DNA of 64,000 nt, from positions 42,946,843 through 43,010,842 of the forward strand of contig NC_068981.1 in NCBI RefSeq assembly GCF_001194135.2, written 5' to 3'. Position numbers and translations under genes: made by a program. Source of the DNA: Octopus bimaculoides (taxonomy: Eukaryota). This document shows positions 1-13,073 of this stretch, piece after piece. Within the stretch, counting starts at the first letter, position 1. Every line of letters begins with the position of its first letter. The notes beneath the pieces are model-generated. The model searched no databases, was not told the origin of the DNA, and worked only from the letters and a program-made list of their open reading frames with translations.

Positions 1-477
1 TTGACTGGCTCCTGTGCCGGTGGCATGTAAAAAACCCCAACTGATCCGTGACCGATGCCAGTACCCCCTGACTGGCATTTGTGCCGGTGGCACGTAGAAA
101 GCACCATCTGAACATGCTCATTGCCAGGCCCACCATACTGGCTCCGGTACCGGTCACACATAAAAAGCACCAACTGATTGTGACCAATGCCACTACCCCT
201 GACTGGCTCCAGTGCTGGTGGCACATAAAAAGCACCATCTGAGCATGATCATTGCCAGGCCTGCTTTATTGGCTCCTGTGCCAGTGGCACGTAAAAAGCA
301 CCCACTACATTCTCGGAAGGGTCGGCATTAGGAAGGGCATCCAGCTGTAGAACTCTGCCAGATCAGATTGGAGTCTGGTGCAGCCACTGGCCCTCCGACC
401 TCAGTCAAACTGACCAACCCATGCCAGCATGGAAAACTGACGTTAATCGATGATGATGATGATGATGATGATGATAT
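1..477 (+). mobile_element. SINE family B body and tail, with 5 internal ~66-bp units and a (GAT)n tail
   Basis: Units GACTGGCTCCTGTGCCGGTGGCACGTAAAAAGCACC start at 3, 70, 137, 201 and 268. They are followed by TTAGGAAGGGCATCCAGCTGTAGAA...CCATGCCAGCATGGAAAA and (GAT)n at 449-475. The same tail recurs more than 10 times in the window. Confidence 0.85.
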
Positions 478-1169
478 ACCATAAAATGAGTTGTACCTGG
501 AATAACATGAAGCTGAAGAAGAGAGCTTCACTAAGTTGCAGAGATTTTGTCAGTATGAAAAGAGACAATAATTTTTACTGCAATTGAAAGCAATTAGATG
601 AAGAACTATACATGAATGAAATAGAAATTACTGCAGTACCAACAAAAAGAGAAATGAATTCTGGATAGGACAATGAGCAGCAAATAAGTCACTACAGAGA
701 AGATTGTTCAACACAATGGACTCAGCACCTAAATATTTGTGGGAAGCCAATACAAGAAATAACTAACCCTGATGCTGCAGCAATCAAACAACCAGAAGTT
801 ATGAAGACATGATAGCTATATAATAAAATTTTGAAGGAGCCAGCAACAACACCTAAATGATTCACTGAATTAAAAAAAAAACATTCTAAAACCAAGAATT
901 TGAAAGCTCTAAAAATCTATTGGATTATAATTTGCCTTCCTACAGCACAGATAAACTTAACAGCAATAACATTCTTTCAGATCATCAATTTTCTTAGGTG
1001 AAGGGAATACTCAATTACATTGGTCCTTGTCTTCAACTGATGCTTATGTTATTGATACTGAAAGGATGAAAGACAAAGTTGACTGTGGCAGAATTTGAAC
1101 TCAGAACATAAAGAGCCTGAAGAAATGCAGCTAAAAATTGTGCCAGTTCACTGCCTTATTAGCAGGAAC

Positions 1170-1390
1170 AATATTGGTTTGAAATTTTGGAACAAGGCCA
1201 CCAATTTTGGGGGAGGGGAAAAGTCAATTACATCGACCCCAGTACTCAGTTGGTACTTATTTTATTGACCTCAAGAGGATGAAAGGCAAAGTCAACCTCG
1301 GCAGAATTTGAACTCAGCACGCGAAGATGGACGAAATGCTGCTAAGTATTTTGCCCAGCCTGCTAACGATTCTGCCAGCTCACTTACTTT
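1170..1390 (-). mobile_element. SINE family C (Nin-domain-like tRNA SINE)
   Basis: Reverse complement of GAGCTGGCAGAATCGTTAGC...GAGTTCAAATTCTGCCGAGGTTGACTTTGCCTTTCATCC...GGGGTCGATGTAAT. A more decayed partial copy lies at about 1000-1160. Confidence 0.8.
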
Positions 1391-1407
1391 ATCAACAAAA
1401 ATAATAT

Positions 1408-1785
1408 TCTTTTATTCTTTTATTTGTTTCAATCATTTGACTGCGCCTTTAGTCAAAGAAATTGACCCTAAGATTTGTTTGTAAGCATAGTACTTATTCT
1501 AATTGTCTCTTTTGCTGAACCGCTAGGTTATGGGGACATAAACACACCAGCATCGGTTGTCAAGTGATGGTGTGGGGAGGACAAACATAGACACACAAGC
1601 ATATACGCACATATATACAACAGGCTTCTTTCAGATTCCATCTACCAAATCCACTCACAAAGCTTTGGTCGGCCCGAAGCTACAGTAGAAGACACTTGCC
1701 CAACGTGCCACGCAGTGGGAAGAGAACTTGGAACCATGTGGTTGGTATGCAAGCTACTTACCACACAGCCACTCTTGTGCCTATG
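1408..1785 (-). mobile_element. SINE family A (tRNA-like head, internal CA/TG microsatellite, TAAAAGA tail)
   Basis: Antiparallel match to the complete + copy at 28808-29237. Confidence 0.85.
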
Positions 1786-1861
1786 AAAACAATTAAACAC
1801 TGAAAATAAAAAGTAAAAAAAGAAACACTTCTTTCCACTGGTAAAAAATGTTGGCAGGAAA

Positions 1862-2030
1862 GGCTTATAGAGATATAAAGATCAATTATTTACCAACAAA
1901 GCCTTAACAAAAGACTGCAAGAGGACAAAGAGTCTGAGCATGGCATGCATTAAAAACTACAAAGCTTTTGACAGTGTTCTCAGTAAATGAATACTGAGAA
2001 TGTTAGCCATAGGTAAGGTATCCATGATTA
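1862..2030 (+). pseudogene. Decayed R4/Dong-like non-LTR retrotransposon RT fragment
   Basis: Translates as GL*RYKDQLFTNKALTKDCKRTKSLSMACIKNYKAFDSVLSK*ILRML, matching the R4/Dong motif GTKDQLLIDK..LKDCK....NLSMAWIDYKKAFDSVPHSWI. It contains in-frame stops. Confidence 0.75.
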
Positions 2031-2448
2031 ATGTAACACTAATAATAAAGAGATACATTAAATATATCATGAGTAACTGACAAACAATTTTGCAGAAGTT
2101 AAACACTACAAATAATAAACAGCTAAAAATACTGCTGAAAGCAGTACACAGGTTTACAAAAGGAATTGATAGGAGATTTTGATTAGCAAAATGCACCAAG
2201 GAAACCTTGAAGGGAGGAAAATAAGAATACAAATATCATACATGCTAGATAAAAAAAAAAAAAACAGAGATAAGAGAATTAGACTAAACACAAACTTACA
2301 AATATTTTTGAATCAATGAACTACGCAAAATGCAATGCTCAAACGAAAGAAAGCTTTTTGGAAAACTACTAAACGTGCTTTTGATTAATACATAAAACAG
2401 AGTTAATCAGTGAATGTTTTTAAACTTAAAAGCTTTGTATTCTCTTAG

Positions 2449-2473
2449 TCACTCTGATGTCTGTTAACTACAG
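2449..2473 (+). CDS. Candidate 25-nt micro-exon (xTLMSVNY), phase 1 to 2
   Basis: ttgtattctcttag|...TACAG|gtaaga; open in one frame only. No homology recognised. Confidence 0.3.
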
Positions 2474-2537
2474 GTAAGACTTTGTTTTACTGAGGGAGTA
2501 TAAAAAGACTGCAACAACTTAAGAGTTGTCACTCTTT

Positions 2538-2759
2538 AATCTTTTACTCTTTTATTTGTTTCAGTCATTTGATTGCGGCCATGCTGGAGCACCGCCTTTA
2601 GTTGAGCAAATCGACCCCAGGACTTATTCTTTGTAAGCCTAGTACTTATTCTATCGGTCTCTTTTGCCAGACTGCTAGGTTAGGGGGATGTAAACACACC
2701 AATATTGGTTGTCATGCGATGGTAGGGAGGGACAAACACAGACACACACACTGATGCAT

Positions 2760-2791
<32 letters not shown>

Positions 2792-2961
2792 GACAGGCTT
2801 CTTTCAGTTTCTGTCTNNNNNNNNNNTATTCTTTGTAAGCCTAGTACTTATTCTATCGGTCTCTTTTGCCAGACTGCTAGGTTAGGGGGATGTAAACACA
2901 CCAATATTGGTTGTCATGCGATGGTAGGGAGGGACAAACACAGACACACACACTGATGCAT

Positions 2962-2993
<32 letters not shown>

Positions 2994-3156
2994 GACAGGC
3001 TTCTTTCAGTTTCTGTCTACCAAATCCACTAAGAAGGTTCTGGTCAGCCCGAAGCTAAAGTAGGAGACATTTTCCTAATGTGCCATGCAGTGGGACTGAA
3101 CCCTGAAACATGTGGTTGGTAAGCAAGCTTCTTACCACACAACCACTCCTACACCT
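2538..3156 (-). mobile_element. SINE family A spanning an assembly gap
   Basis: Tail at 2538 and head near 3150. 2625-2816 and 2827-3018 are identical 192-bp copies either side of a 10-N gap. Confidence 0.85.
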
Positions 3157-3472
3157 GTTACTTTATTTGACAATGATCAAACACTTTGTCACTGTATGAC
3201 CACATTTGGATTTTGGTGATGTCTCATTGACTTTCTTAGCAAGAATTATCATTAACACTAATAAGTTTTCTTTTCTATATGAGTATAATTTTGTTTGATT
3301 CAACATTTAAAGAATTTGAAATATGTTAGCCTTATTACTGTTGAGCATTATTTCATATCAATAATTGTGCTAACGATATAGATACCACTTGCATTGATTA
3401 TATAGAGTGTAGAAGTGGAATAAAACCAAACAGTGTAAATAATATCACCAACTTATATCCATGTTCTGTTAG

Positions 3473-3494
3473 GATTAAACAAGAAATCGACAAT
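3473..3494 (+). CDS. Candidate 22-nt micro-exon (IKQEIDN), phase 2 to 0
   Basis: atccatgttctgttag|GATTAAACAAGAAATCGACAAT|gtatgt; phase-compatible with 2449-2473. Confidence 0.35.
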
Positions 3495-4189
3495 GTATGT
3501 AAATATACAGGCTATATCATGAAATGGCATGTGACATTACCTGGAACAGACTGCAGTAGCTACTAGAGATAACAATGTTTAAAAGTAGCACACGCTCTTA
3601 AATACCAAACATAGATTAACAGTAGCTAAAAGTAATGTACCGAGGCAAACTGAATATCACAATATATCAATTCCTGTTGGTATTTGTAAGCTGAATTCCT
3701 TTCTTTATGCTTGCATTCTCTTAGCTATTTAAATTTCTGCATTAAATAATTAATAATATAAGAGCTACCAAAATAGAGTAGAATATTAGAAGGCTAAATT
3801 AAGATATAGAATAAACACTTTATGTAACAAGGAGAGAAAGATAAGCCTGATGTCTCTAGATAATCTTCCAAGAAATGTTAAGAATACATAGCTAAACAAC
3901 TATGCTTCTAAATAATCCTTCTATAAAAATTCAGAAGAGCATTATAATGAAGAATGACATAAAGAAGGAATAAATATGACTGCAAATCAAAGGGTACCCA
4001 CCTTAAATAATTAGATGAAATGATTGAGCTTTAGGGGAACATGGCATTTTTAAAACTACTCTTTTGAAAATAGAATGATATGTAATAATAATATACAAAT
4101 AAATAAAATAAAACAGTATGTAGAGATACTTTACTGAACAATGTGGGGTAAAAATATAGAAAAGGATAAAACACTTATATTTTATCCTG

Positions 4190-4420
4190 TATCTTTATTT
4201 GCTTCATTCATTGGACTATGGCCATGCTGGGGCACTGTCTTGAAAATTTTTGGTCAAATAGATTAACCCCAGAACTTAATACGTTTGGTACTTATTCTAT
4301 CAGTCACTGTGCTGAAGTGCTATGTTACAGGGCCATAAAAAAAGAACCAGCACCAGTTGTCAAGTGGTGTGGAGGGAGACAAACACAGTAACAAAGACAC
4401 ACATATATACACACAGAGCA
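4190..4420 (-). mobile_element. SINE family A, 3' half, decayed
   Basis: GGACTATGGCCATGCTGGGGCACTG...CAGCACCAGTTGTCAAG...ACAAACACAG, shared with other family A copies. Confidence 0.7.
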
Positions 4421-4429
4421 AAAGAAAAT

Positions 4430-5186
4430 CACTACATCAGACAGATCTAAAATGCTATTAAACAAACTGAAAAATCCAGCAGAAGAAGATTTGATTTGGT
4501 TTTTCTCAAACATGAAAAACTTCGACCAAGGTCAAATAGTTAACTACAAGAAATGACAGATAGTTATGTGCAGACCCTTCTGAAGTTCCAAGTGTTATGC
4601 ATACAAAATTTCCTGCAACTGTCACGGTTTTAAGGGTTGTCAGCAATGAAGGATATGGATGCCTCTTTACCTCTTTCCACAAGGTCTTAGAGTTAACTCT
4701 GCCATTGACACTGAGGGCCTGGAAATAATTGTTAAGTCTTGAATAGACAGTGTATACAATGGAAGGCCATATGTATTTCAGTAAGACTCTGCACTATCAC
4801 ACATGGCTCTAGTAACACAGGAATGGATGGCTGAAAATTTTCATGATCACATAACCTCTAATTCTCAATCCATTGGACTATTACATGTGGAGCATTGTTG
4901 AGAGAGAGGTCAGTGAGCACGCTCATAACACCAAAGGTTCTCTGAAAGCTGCCATAGTCAGAGTAATGTTCAAAATGAACCAGGACCAATTGATTCGAGC
5001 ATGTAGATGATTTAGATCTCATATAGAAGCAGTTGTTGAAGCTGAAGGTGGCTTTATTGAATAACATTATAGAAAAGAAGGTTTATTTTTGTCCTCATAG
5101 CAGTTTTTGATAATGTTGTTATCTATTATTATATAGCTGTTTTTTGTAAACATAAATCTATCCTCAAATACCTTATGCACCCTGTA
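4430..5186 (+). mobile_element. DD37D (maT-like) Tc1/mariner remnant, 3' half with terminal inverted repeat
   Basis: RSKMLLNKLKNPAEEDLIWFFSNMKNFDQ...HTKFPATV...NPLDYYMWSIVEREVSEHAHNTKGSLKAAIV...EAEGGFIE*. Ends ATCCTCAAATACCTTATGCACCCTGTA, matching the end of the copy at 40761-40789. Confidence 0.85.
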
Positions 5187-6804
5187 CACACCCTGTACAC
5201 ACATAAAGTAAACAGAAAATAGAGAAATATTGATCAACAACAATTAACTTACATCAATTATTATTTTTTAAAATTCAATACAAATAGACTTTATCCCATC
5301 TTAACAACTGTTTGTTTCTGCTTCCAATGTTATATGGTATTGCCAGTGATATTCTAAAAATAATATTCATCATATTTGGTAATAAATCCGATCTGGAAAA
5401 TGGAGCTTCATCAGAGTGAAGGAAAATATGTGCATAAAAGAAAAGAAGAAGAGTCTCGAGAGGAAAAGGAAAGGTTTTCGCTTATGTGTCACTTTGGGAT
5501 GTTGAGTAAATGTCTAAACTTAAAATAGTAATTGGTGGGTTAATATTTCTATGGGGGTAATAGGGTGAATAAGTAATGAAAAAGTAAAAATAAAAAAAAA
5601 TTACAATAATGGGATACACCAATAGGTTTAGTCAAAGAGGGAGTGAGGGTGCCATAATGTTTTGAAGTAATCTAGTAGTTCACTACTAGATATTGGTCAG
5701 CCTGGGGTTATAATAGAAGTCACTTGCTTAAAGTGTTATGTAGTGTGACTGAACCAGTTTGCAAAATGACCTTCTTAACCACACAGCCATTTTAGAATTT
5801 GTTTTTGGTGAAGAATCTATGTACAACAAAAATTATAGAGACTTAGAAAATTATATGAAAACAGAAATTTGAAAACCATTCGTAAATGATTATTGTATGA
5901 TAGTATGCGATTTGAGACTTCCTCTAACCAATTTTGAAAATTGTAAAATCTTGGTATTGGTAATTTCCAAAATTATTAGAAGTGATTGTAAGACATACTT
6001 CAACTCCAGATATTAACCTTCACCTATTCTTGGATAATTTAGAACAAATACCAAGACAACTTTTACTTGGAGAATATAGATGGCCCATCTATTTACTCTC
6101 TATCAACATCTTGCGAGTAGTCTAATAATTATCCCTGAAACATTCTTCCAAAATGATTAAACATTTACAAAAGAACAAGTAATTTTCTGTAGGGCAGAAG
6201 AGATATATACTGAAAGCATGTGGAATAATTAGCCAGTTCTTCATTAATAAAGGCACCTGATTATAAGAAAGTATGGAGAACCCATGAAAGAGCCTATATA
6301 TCACTGCTCAAGCTACAAATAAAAAAAAAAATAGCCAAATCACCTTCAAATTCCTCTGGACGGAAAAAAGGACCCATCGAGATGTACTAGACATACTATG
6401 ACTAAAATAAAAGTCTGTACATTTATGGTGTAATGCTTTTAATGATAATCTACTATTTAGAGCTAATTTGGATTACACAATAATGAAAGCTTCCCCCTAC
6501 CACACCAATTATCTATTTTTGATCAACAACAACTGTTAATCTCAGTTTTACATGAATGTTTTCTAGGATATTTAAAGCAATAGTTCATTTGGTCTTCAGT
6601 TAGCTAACAAAAATCCAAAAGAAGAAGAATTACTAGGTACATTCCCCAGCTCTACTTCATATGTAGCCTAAAATCGTTTTTTTGAAAATGTTGCCATATA
6701 AGTCTCTGCAGTATTGCCATGTAATTTAGTAGAGACATTGAAATATCTTTTGGTTTGGTAAAATGAAAGAATCAAATAATGTGGTTTATTTGCTTAAATG
6801 ACAT

Positions 6805-7200
6805 GATTAGGAATAATACAGGAACTGGATAACTCTGATTCCTACAGACATTTGGACAAAGTTGATAGCAAGACTAGATGCCAAATATATTTGAATGAGA
6901 ATAATAACTATTATTTTGACAGTTGAAAACATTTTTGAAACTTTTGAAAAGAAGAAAATGATGAATGCTATTAATATAGTTGTAATATGAGTAATAACAT
7001 ATGATTTAGCAGTGTTGGAGGAGAATCCAATAGAGATGGACATTACAAACCACCACACAAGAAATCTAAGAAAATATACCATATATCATAAGTATGACAT
7101 CTAATAATTCTATTCCTATGGAAAAAAGGACTTTCATGTGTCAGAGTGTATTGTAGCTCTAAAAAAATGAAAAGAGTAACCAGGAGTATATAAAAATACT
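6805..7200 (+). pseudogene. Decayed R4/Dong-like LINE, post-YxDD and thumb region
   Basis: IIQELDNSDSYRHL and MMNAINIVVI*VITYDLAV...DITNHHTRNLRKYTIYHKYDI resemble IKELEEGESYKYLG and IKAINTWAVAVIRYSAG...LDRKTRKLLTM...HPK. Many stops and frameshifts. Confidence 0.55.
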
Positions 7201-7604
7201 TTGCTATGTTTGTATTTCCAAGTATATTTGGTAGGAGATAATGGGGCATGGAGCTGATGATGATGATATAAAAGCCCCTTGTGCCACTGTCTCCACACAT
7301 TTGATTTCAAATAATTCATTTCAGCCATTAAAAGCAAAAGCACTAAGTTTATTTATTTCACCATTCACTTCATCATCCAATAAATGGAAAGTTTTGGAAG
7401 TTAAGCATGTTAAAGGATGAATGGGCAACGTCACGCCTACATGAGATATATCAAAGATATTGCTGAATGCTAATCAAAGCTAGAGTTTTCCCTAAATTTT
7501 CAGGGCAGCAGTGGTACAAAACTTTCAGGAGATTTTCATTGGAGAGAAATAGAAAGCCAATGAGAGGAGTTGCAGTAACCAATGCTAAAAATATGTGTCC
7601 GAGG

Positions 7605-7800
7605 CAGTATTAATACCAAGAGGTAATAGTTATCCCCACTTAAATGTGGATGTTCTGTTATGACAAACTATACTGTGGTAAATACCATGAGAGAAACTAT
7701 GGGAGTTTCTCTCATGGTATCTATCACAGCAGAATTTGTTCTAAATGAACATCCACATTTAAGTGGGGATAAATATTACCTCTCAGTGTAATAAATATTG
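7605..7800. mobile_element. Palindromic MITE-like foldback of about 165-195 bp
   Basis: 7619-7698 AGAGGTAATAGTTATCCCCACTTAAATGTGGATGTTC...ATACCATGAGAGAAACT pairs with 7704-7783 across a 5-nt loop (ATGGG). Confidence 0.75.
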
Positions 7801-8151
7801 TAAATAAATTGAAATATGTTATCAAGAAGTAACAGAAAGAACTGAGTACCAGGCTCAAATACTCTATAGTATTCCATTAAATGGAAGTGTCTTCACTTCA
7901 TATTACTCAACCTGCTAGAAATAGCGACCAAATGTCCCTCAAATTAAGTTTTAAATTATCTGCAAACCAATCATATCTATATATCTGTATATATATATAT
8001 ATATATATNNNNNNNNNNNNNNNNNNNNNNNNNNNNNNNNNNNNNNNNNNNNNNNNNNNNNNAAATATTTCATAATATTTCTAGACATAATACCAAACAT
8101 CATCATTTTATAAGTATGCCCTGAAAATAATACCTTCAACTCAGTCTCCAG

Positions 8152-8170
8152 CCAATCATTTTAATAAAAG
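8152..8170 (+). CDS. Candidate 19-nt micro-exon (PIILIK), phase 0 to 1
   Basis: caactcagtctccag|CCAATCATTTTAATAAAAG|gtaaag. Selected partly because its phase fits the chain, so support is weak. Confidence 0.15.
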
Positions 8171-8689
8171 GTAAAGACAAGGAAAAAACAAAAACAAACA
8201 AGAATGGGATGAAATATTGGATAATGATAAATGTAGACATTCCTAAAAGTGTAAGATGGTCACAGTTGGAATATATTTAATCATAGGTCTGCTTCATCAG
8301 GTTTAACTTGAGGTTAAGCGTAGCAACTTCACAGTATTCTGAATTTTTCTTCTACCTGCTGATTTGAAATAGTGAGAGTTGACTTGGACATCAGTCATTT
8401 GAGCAACAATAGATAAAATAGAGCTGACTCAATTGTTTGATTTGAGAAATCATAAGTATTGTAAAATTTGAAGAATTGTTTCAATAATGGACTAAATAAA
8501 GAATTCATTTATTAACTCTGGTGTACCTTTGTAAGAAACTAAAATGATTGGATGTAAAAACCAACTTACTGCGAGATTGTTAACTGGTATTGTTATCAAA
8601 AAGTTTAACATTTATGTCTGGCAAATGTAATATGTGAAGAGTTTTTATTTGCATTAAGGTCATTCACCTTGCTTTGATTTTCATAGCAG

Positions 8690-9006
8690 TTGATGCTGGT
8701 GGCACATAAGAAGCACCATTTGGGTGTTGAGCCTCACAGAGGCAATGATGAATGACTGAGACCTATGGTATTATGCTGTGCTTGAGAAGGAAACCCATCA
8801 AGCCAAGTAAAATTGCAGTCATGGTGTGCTGATGGCATGTAAAAGCACCCATTACACTCTCAGAGTGGTTGGCATTGCGAAGGGTATCTAGCCATAGAAA
8901 CCATGCCAAATCAGACTGGAGTCTGGAGCAGCCTTCCAGCTTGCCAGCCCTGGTTAAACTGTTTAACCCATGCCAGCATGGTCAATGGACGTTAAATGAT
9001 GATGAT
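8690..9006 (+). mobile_element. SINE family B variant body and tail
   Basis: GGTGGCACATAAGAAGCACC...GTGGTTGGCATTGCGAAGGG...CCATGCCAGCATGG...GTTAAATGATGATGAT. Confidence 0.75.
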
Positions 9007-11333
9007 CCCATAGTGTTTTGCTAATGTATTACACAGCATAACATTTTGACTCTCCATAGTTATGATGTTTATATGCTTATCAATGCTCTGATAACCATGG
9101 CAAGTTTTTTGTTATCAAAACGAATCAGATGTAATGAACACAATTCAAAGCAAGTTGTTCTCAATTATGGCAAGGAAAAAATCGCAGTAAAGACAGAAAT
9201 GATATTCCTTGTTTGAGTACAAATTGCTCAACAATGATGAAGATTGTCTTGAATGTGATTAGATGTGGGTACAAGCTGAGTTGTATGGTTAAGGCATTCA
9301 CTTTGCTTTTAAAAATGTGAGTTTAATCCTGTTATGTAGCACTGCAGTAGAATTAACTCTGCTGAAAACAATCAAACTGGCTCTCTGATCCCAGGTCTAA
9401 CTTCCTTCTCTTCTTTGTTCTTCCTACCAGCCTTGAAGCTTGTGAGAAAAGTCATGGGTTCTGCCCTTTCTTTTATTAAGCCATTAAAAATTAAAAGCAA
9501 GATACTAAACTGTAGATGTCTCCTAAAACCCAATTGACTTAGATGATCTTAACTCTAGTTTTTACGGTATTCAAAGTATGAGCCATAAATTTACACATGG
9601 ATAAGGCATCACTCTATTGGAAATTATTATTCACTGGACATTATTGTAAAGTGAGGCAATGTAGCATAAAGTATAGAGATGTTGTGAAATGCATACAAAA
9701 GATTTGAACTTATGATCCATTAGCAGGTAATATAACATTTTATCCTCTTGATCATTTCTTTCTATAATATTCTTCCATTTTGCTAAACATATTCTTGTGG
9801 CTATGGAAGCAATAATAATGGCCACTAATTTCATCGAGCCTTCCAGCAATATAACTACAGAGAGATCTTCAAAGGTTTTGATCACATCTTTTCTATTCTA
9901 TGAAACAGAAAAGAAATAAAGAAAACTAAGACATACAGAAACACAAATGAATGAATAAATAAAATATATAGCCACATTTATTTTCTTCCCTACTCATTCA
10001 AGAACTATGATTGTTGTTATTGTCTCCTCCCCCTCGTCCTCCTTGTTATTATCTTCATTGTTGTTGTCCTCCTCCTTCTCCTTTTTCTTCTTCTTGCACC
10101 TATACATTAGCCCGATTTTCTCTTCTCCTTCCTCTCCTTTTCTACTCCTCCTCTTCTTTCTCTTCATATATTAACATCTTTCTTCTAGCTAGAATTATGA
10201 AGAACAAACTCAAAAGAATTATGAGTAAATGTCTATTTTGAAGTCAAGATTGATACAAATAGCAGAAAATGTAAAGACAGTTCAAAACCATAAATCTGCA
10301 GAGTTTCTTTCCGAGACATTGTGAAAAACATTGTAATGGAGAAAATAAAGAAATAGACAGTGAACTTTTAGATGTTTTATAACCTTTCAGGAATTATAAG
10401 TTATAATTTTGTGTTTTTACATTTGATAGATGTTGTCAGTTAAAATAATGAATAATCTCTTAAGACACATGTACCAGTTACATGTTTTATCTACTCAGAT
10501 ATACTACTTCAAATTCTTTTTAAAACTACAAGGCCATTATGAGCATTAGATTTAAATGTTTTCTAAAGATTTGACTATCCATAGGTGAAAAAAACATAGA
10601 TAAATCCTGTATTTATATACTTGTAATATATTCAAAGTGAAGACAGAATATTTTGTTCAGAAATTTCAGATAATTCTCATTGAATGTTTTATTTCAATCA
10701 AATAAATTTTTAGATAAAGTAAAGATGAAAATAAAATGCAATAAAATTATTAGATAGATTAAATTACAGCCAATAAATCTTTACTATTTGACTGGTCTTC
10801 CAAACATGACTATCTTGTTGCAATTTTTTTTTTTTGTGGAATAGTGCTTCTAGAACTACAACATCCTTCTTTTTATTTTAAGATGGTAAAATGTGATTTG
10901 AGTAAGATTTGGTTACTAATACTAACATGTTGAGTAAATTCGTAGAGAATCCCTTGTTGGTTTACATATCAAGAACATAATAGTGTAAAGGATTCTTATC
11001 GATAAATTACTATATATTCTGCAAAGACTGATGTTGGTCTTTCATCTTTCCATCTTATCTGATTAAGGAAAATTACATAACATTCCCTAAAGCATACTAT
11101 AGCAAGAGTGACAACATGAATTATCTCTATAATCAGTTTGAAAGACAAAATTAGCCCTATCAGAGTTTGAACCAGAATGTTGGGATGATAGAACACAATA
11201 TTATTGTATTTATATTATAAACTTGTACTTTATCCTTCTATTACTCTATCGTAATATATGCAATTAAAAAAATTTCATTCAGTTTGATTCCATGTCATAT
11301 AAGTTGAATTAATATGAAATAACATTTGTCATG

Positions 11334-11800
11334 GGCAGGCATGGTTGTGTGGTTAATCAGTTCACTTCACAACCGTTTTAATTTTTAAGTTCAGTCCTAC
11401 TGTGCAGTACCTTGGGCAAATGTCTGCTACTATTGCTCTGGGCTGACCAAAGCCTTATGAACTGATATAATAGCTTGAAACTGTACAAGGCCCACTGTAT
11501 GTGTGTGTGTGTGTACATGTATGTGCGTGCATGTATGCATATGTGTGGGCTTGTGTAAAAATATGAATGTGTATGCATGTGTCTGTGAATCTCTTACAAA
11601 TTACTGAGCATGGCTATGTTATTGACCTTCCCTGCCAACAAATTGCCCATTAGCTCGCTACTTTCAAAAACAGATAGAATGTAAACTTCCTTACTTGGAA
11701 AACAGTTAAGAGTTAGCAATAGGGAGCTCAACTAGCTGTGAAAACAATGCCTTGATAATATCGATTTTTCTAATACATGCTAGCATGAGAAAATAGATTA
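11334..11800 (+). mobile_element. Decayed SINE family E (family A head with a different tail)
   Basis: Head GCAGGCATGGTTGTGTGGTTAA...GTTCAGTCCTACTG, then (TG)n, then TTACTTGGAAAACAG...GCTAGCATGAG. Confidence 0.6.
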
Positions 11801-12847
11801 AAAATGAAAGAATGAATTATATTAAGGCAATCAGAAAATTATAAACTAAGTAATTATAAACAATAAGTAACTATAAACAATAACTAGTTACAACTATTTT
11901 TCTTAAGTTTTTAGGTTCTTGTGAAATACATATACCTGAGTATATTTTGTCATTAAATAAATGTATTGTGAAGCTGCATTCTAATTTACCTAGAGAAAAT
12001 AGTAAATCATATTATTTATCAACACTGTCATCATAGCTTCAGGTCAATTCTGACTGACTAAGCGGAACATAACCCAATCTGTCATGCAATTTTTAAGAAG
12101 GAAACATGTTACTTGAGGAAGAATTAGCTACTATTTCTAGTCAGTCAAACAATGTTGAAGTCCATTTGTCGGTTCAGCATTGTTGGTGTTACTGTTGTTG
12201 TTGGTGACATATTTCTGAACCTGTATTACTATACCAGAATCAATTAGATGTGGCTCCAATAAAGTTTCTTTCTACACATTTCATTGTACTGTTGATGCAT
12301 AATACAACTGACATTAAGTTTGCAAGTTACATTGATGCAATAGCTCACATTAGCATTAAATGTCTCAGTTTTCTCAATTATTCAGTTTGAAGAAAATAGA
12401 ACTAGAAATTTATTATTTTATTCTTTCCCTGGTTTCAGTCATTGGACTGTGGCCATATTGGAGCACCACCTTCAAGAGTTTTAGTCAGTTATATTAAACC
12501 CAGTACTTTGTCTGTGTACCTGACTGAGTACTCATTTTAGAAACCATTATTTAGTAAGTGGCTGTCCTCTTAAGAAGTTACATCTTTTTTAGGGACATAA
12601 ATACATGCACACACATACACACACACTTGTACATGAGTGTGTATGTATGCAGGTGATATAAGGACTCTTCTACCAGCTTTCACACACAGATCATTGGTCA
12701 ACCCATGGCTATAGTAGAAGTCTACTTATCCAAGGGAATGCAAAAGAGTTTAAATTCTGTGTCATATGTTTGCCAAGTGAAGCAAACTTCATAACTATAC
12801 GGTCATGCCTGTGTCCTTGATGTTTAGAAATTTGTGATAAGAATGCA

Positions 12848-13073
12848 TTAACTGTTTAGCATTTAAATTGGCCACATCTGGTCCAAATATTCTACCTGTT
12901 TTATGTTGAGACTGGCCAGATCCAGCCTCCCACATCTATCCTACAATGTCATTCTAAAAATAAACAATTACATCTAAATGTGGAAGTTACAAGATACTTC
13001 ATGCTTAATTTTAAAAAAATGCTTATAAATAAGTATTACATTTGATAAATTAATATGATTGCTAAAAGGTGAA
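12848..13073. mobile_element. piggyBac-type MITE, decayed copy
   Basis: TTAACTGTTTAGCATT...GCTAAAAGGTGAA; the internal sequence aligns with 37661-37885. Confidence 0.65.

Noticed and set aside
1-300. CRISPR-like repeat-spacer pattern
   Set aside because: The spacers repeat alternately, the array lies inside a eukaryotic SINE, and no cas genes are present.
2625-3018. Perfect 192-bp direct duplication
   Set aside because: The copies are identical and sit exactly either side of a 10-N gap, which indicates an unmerged contig overlap rather than biology.
9631-9900. 84-aa - strand ORF preceded by a strong acceptor
   Set aside because: No convincing donor and no recognisable motif.
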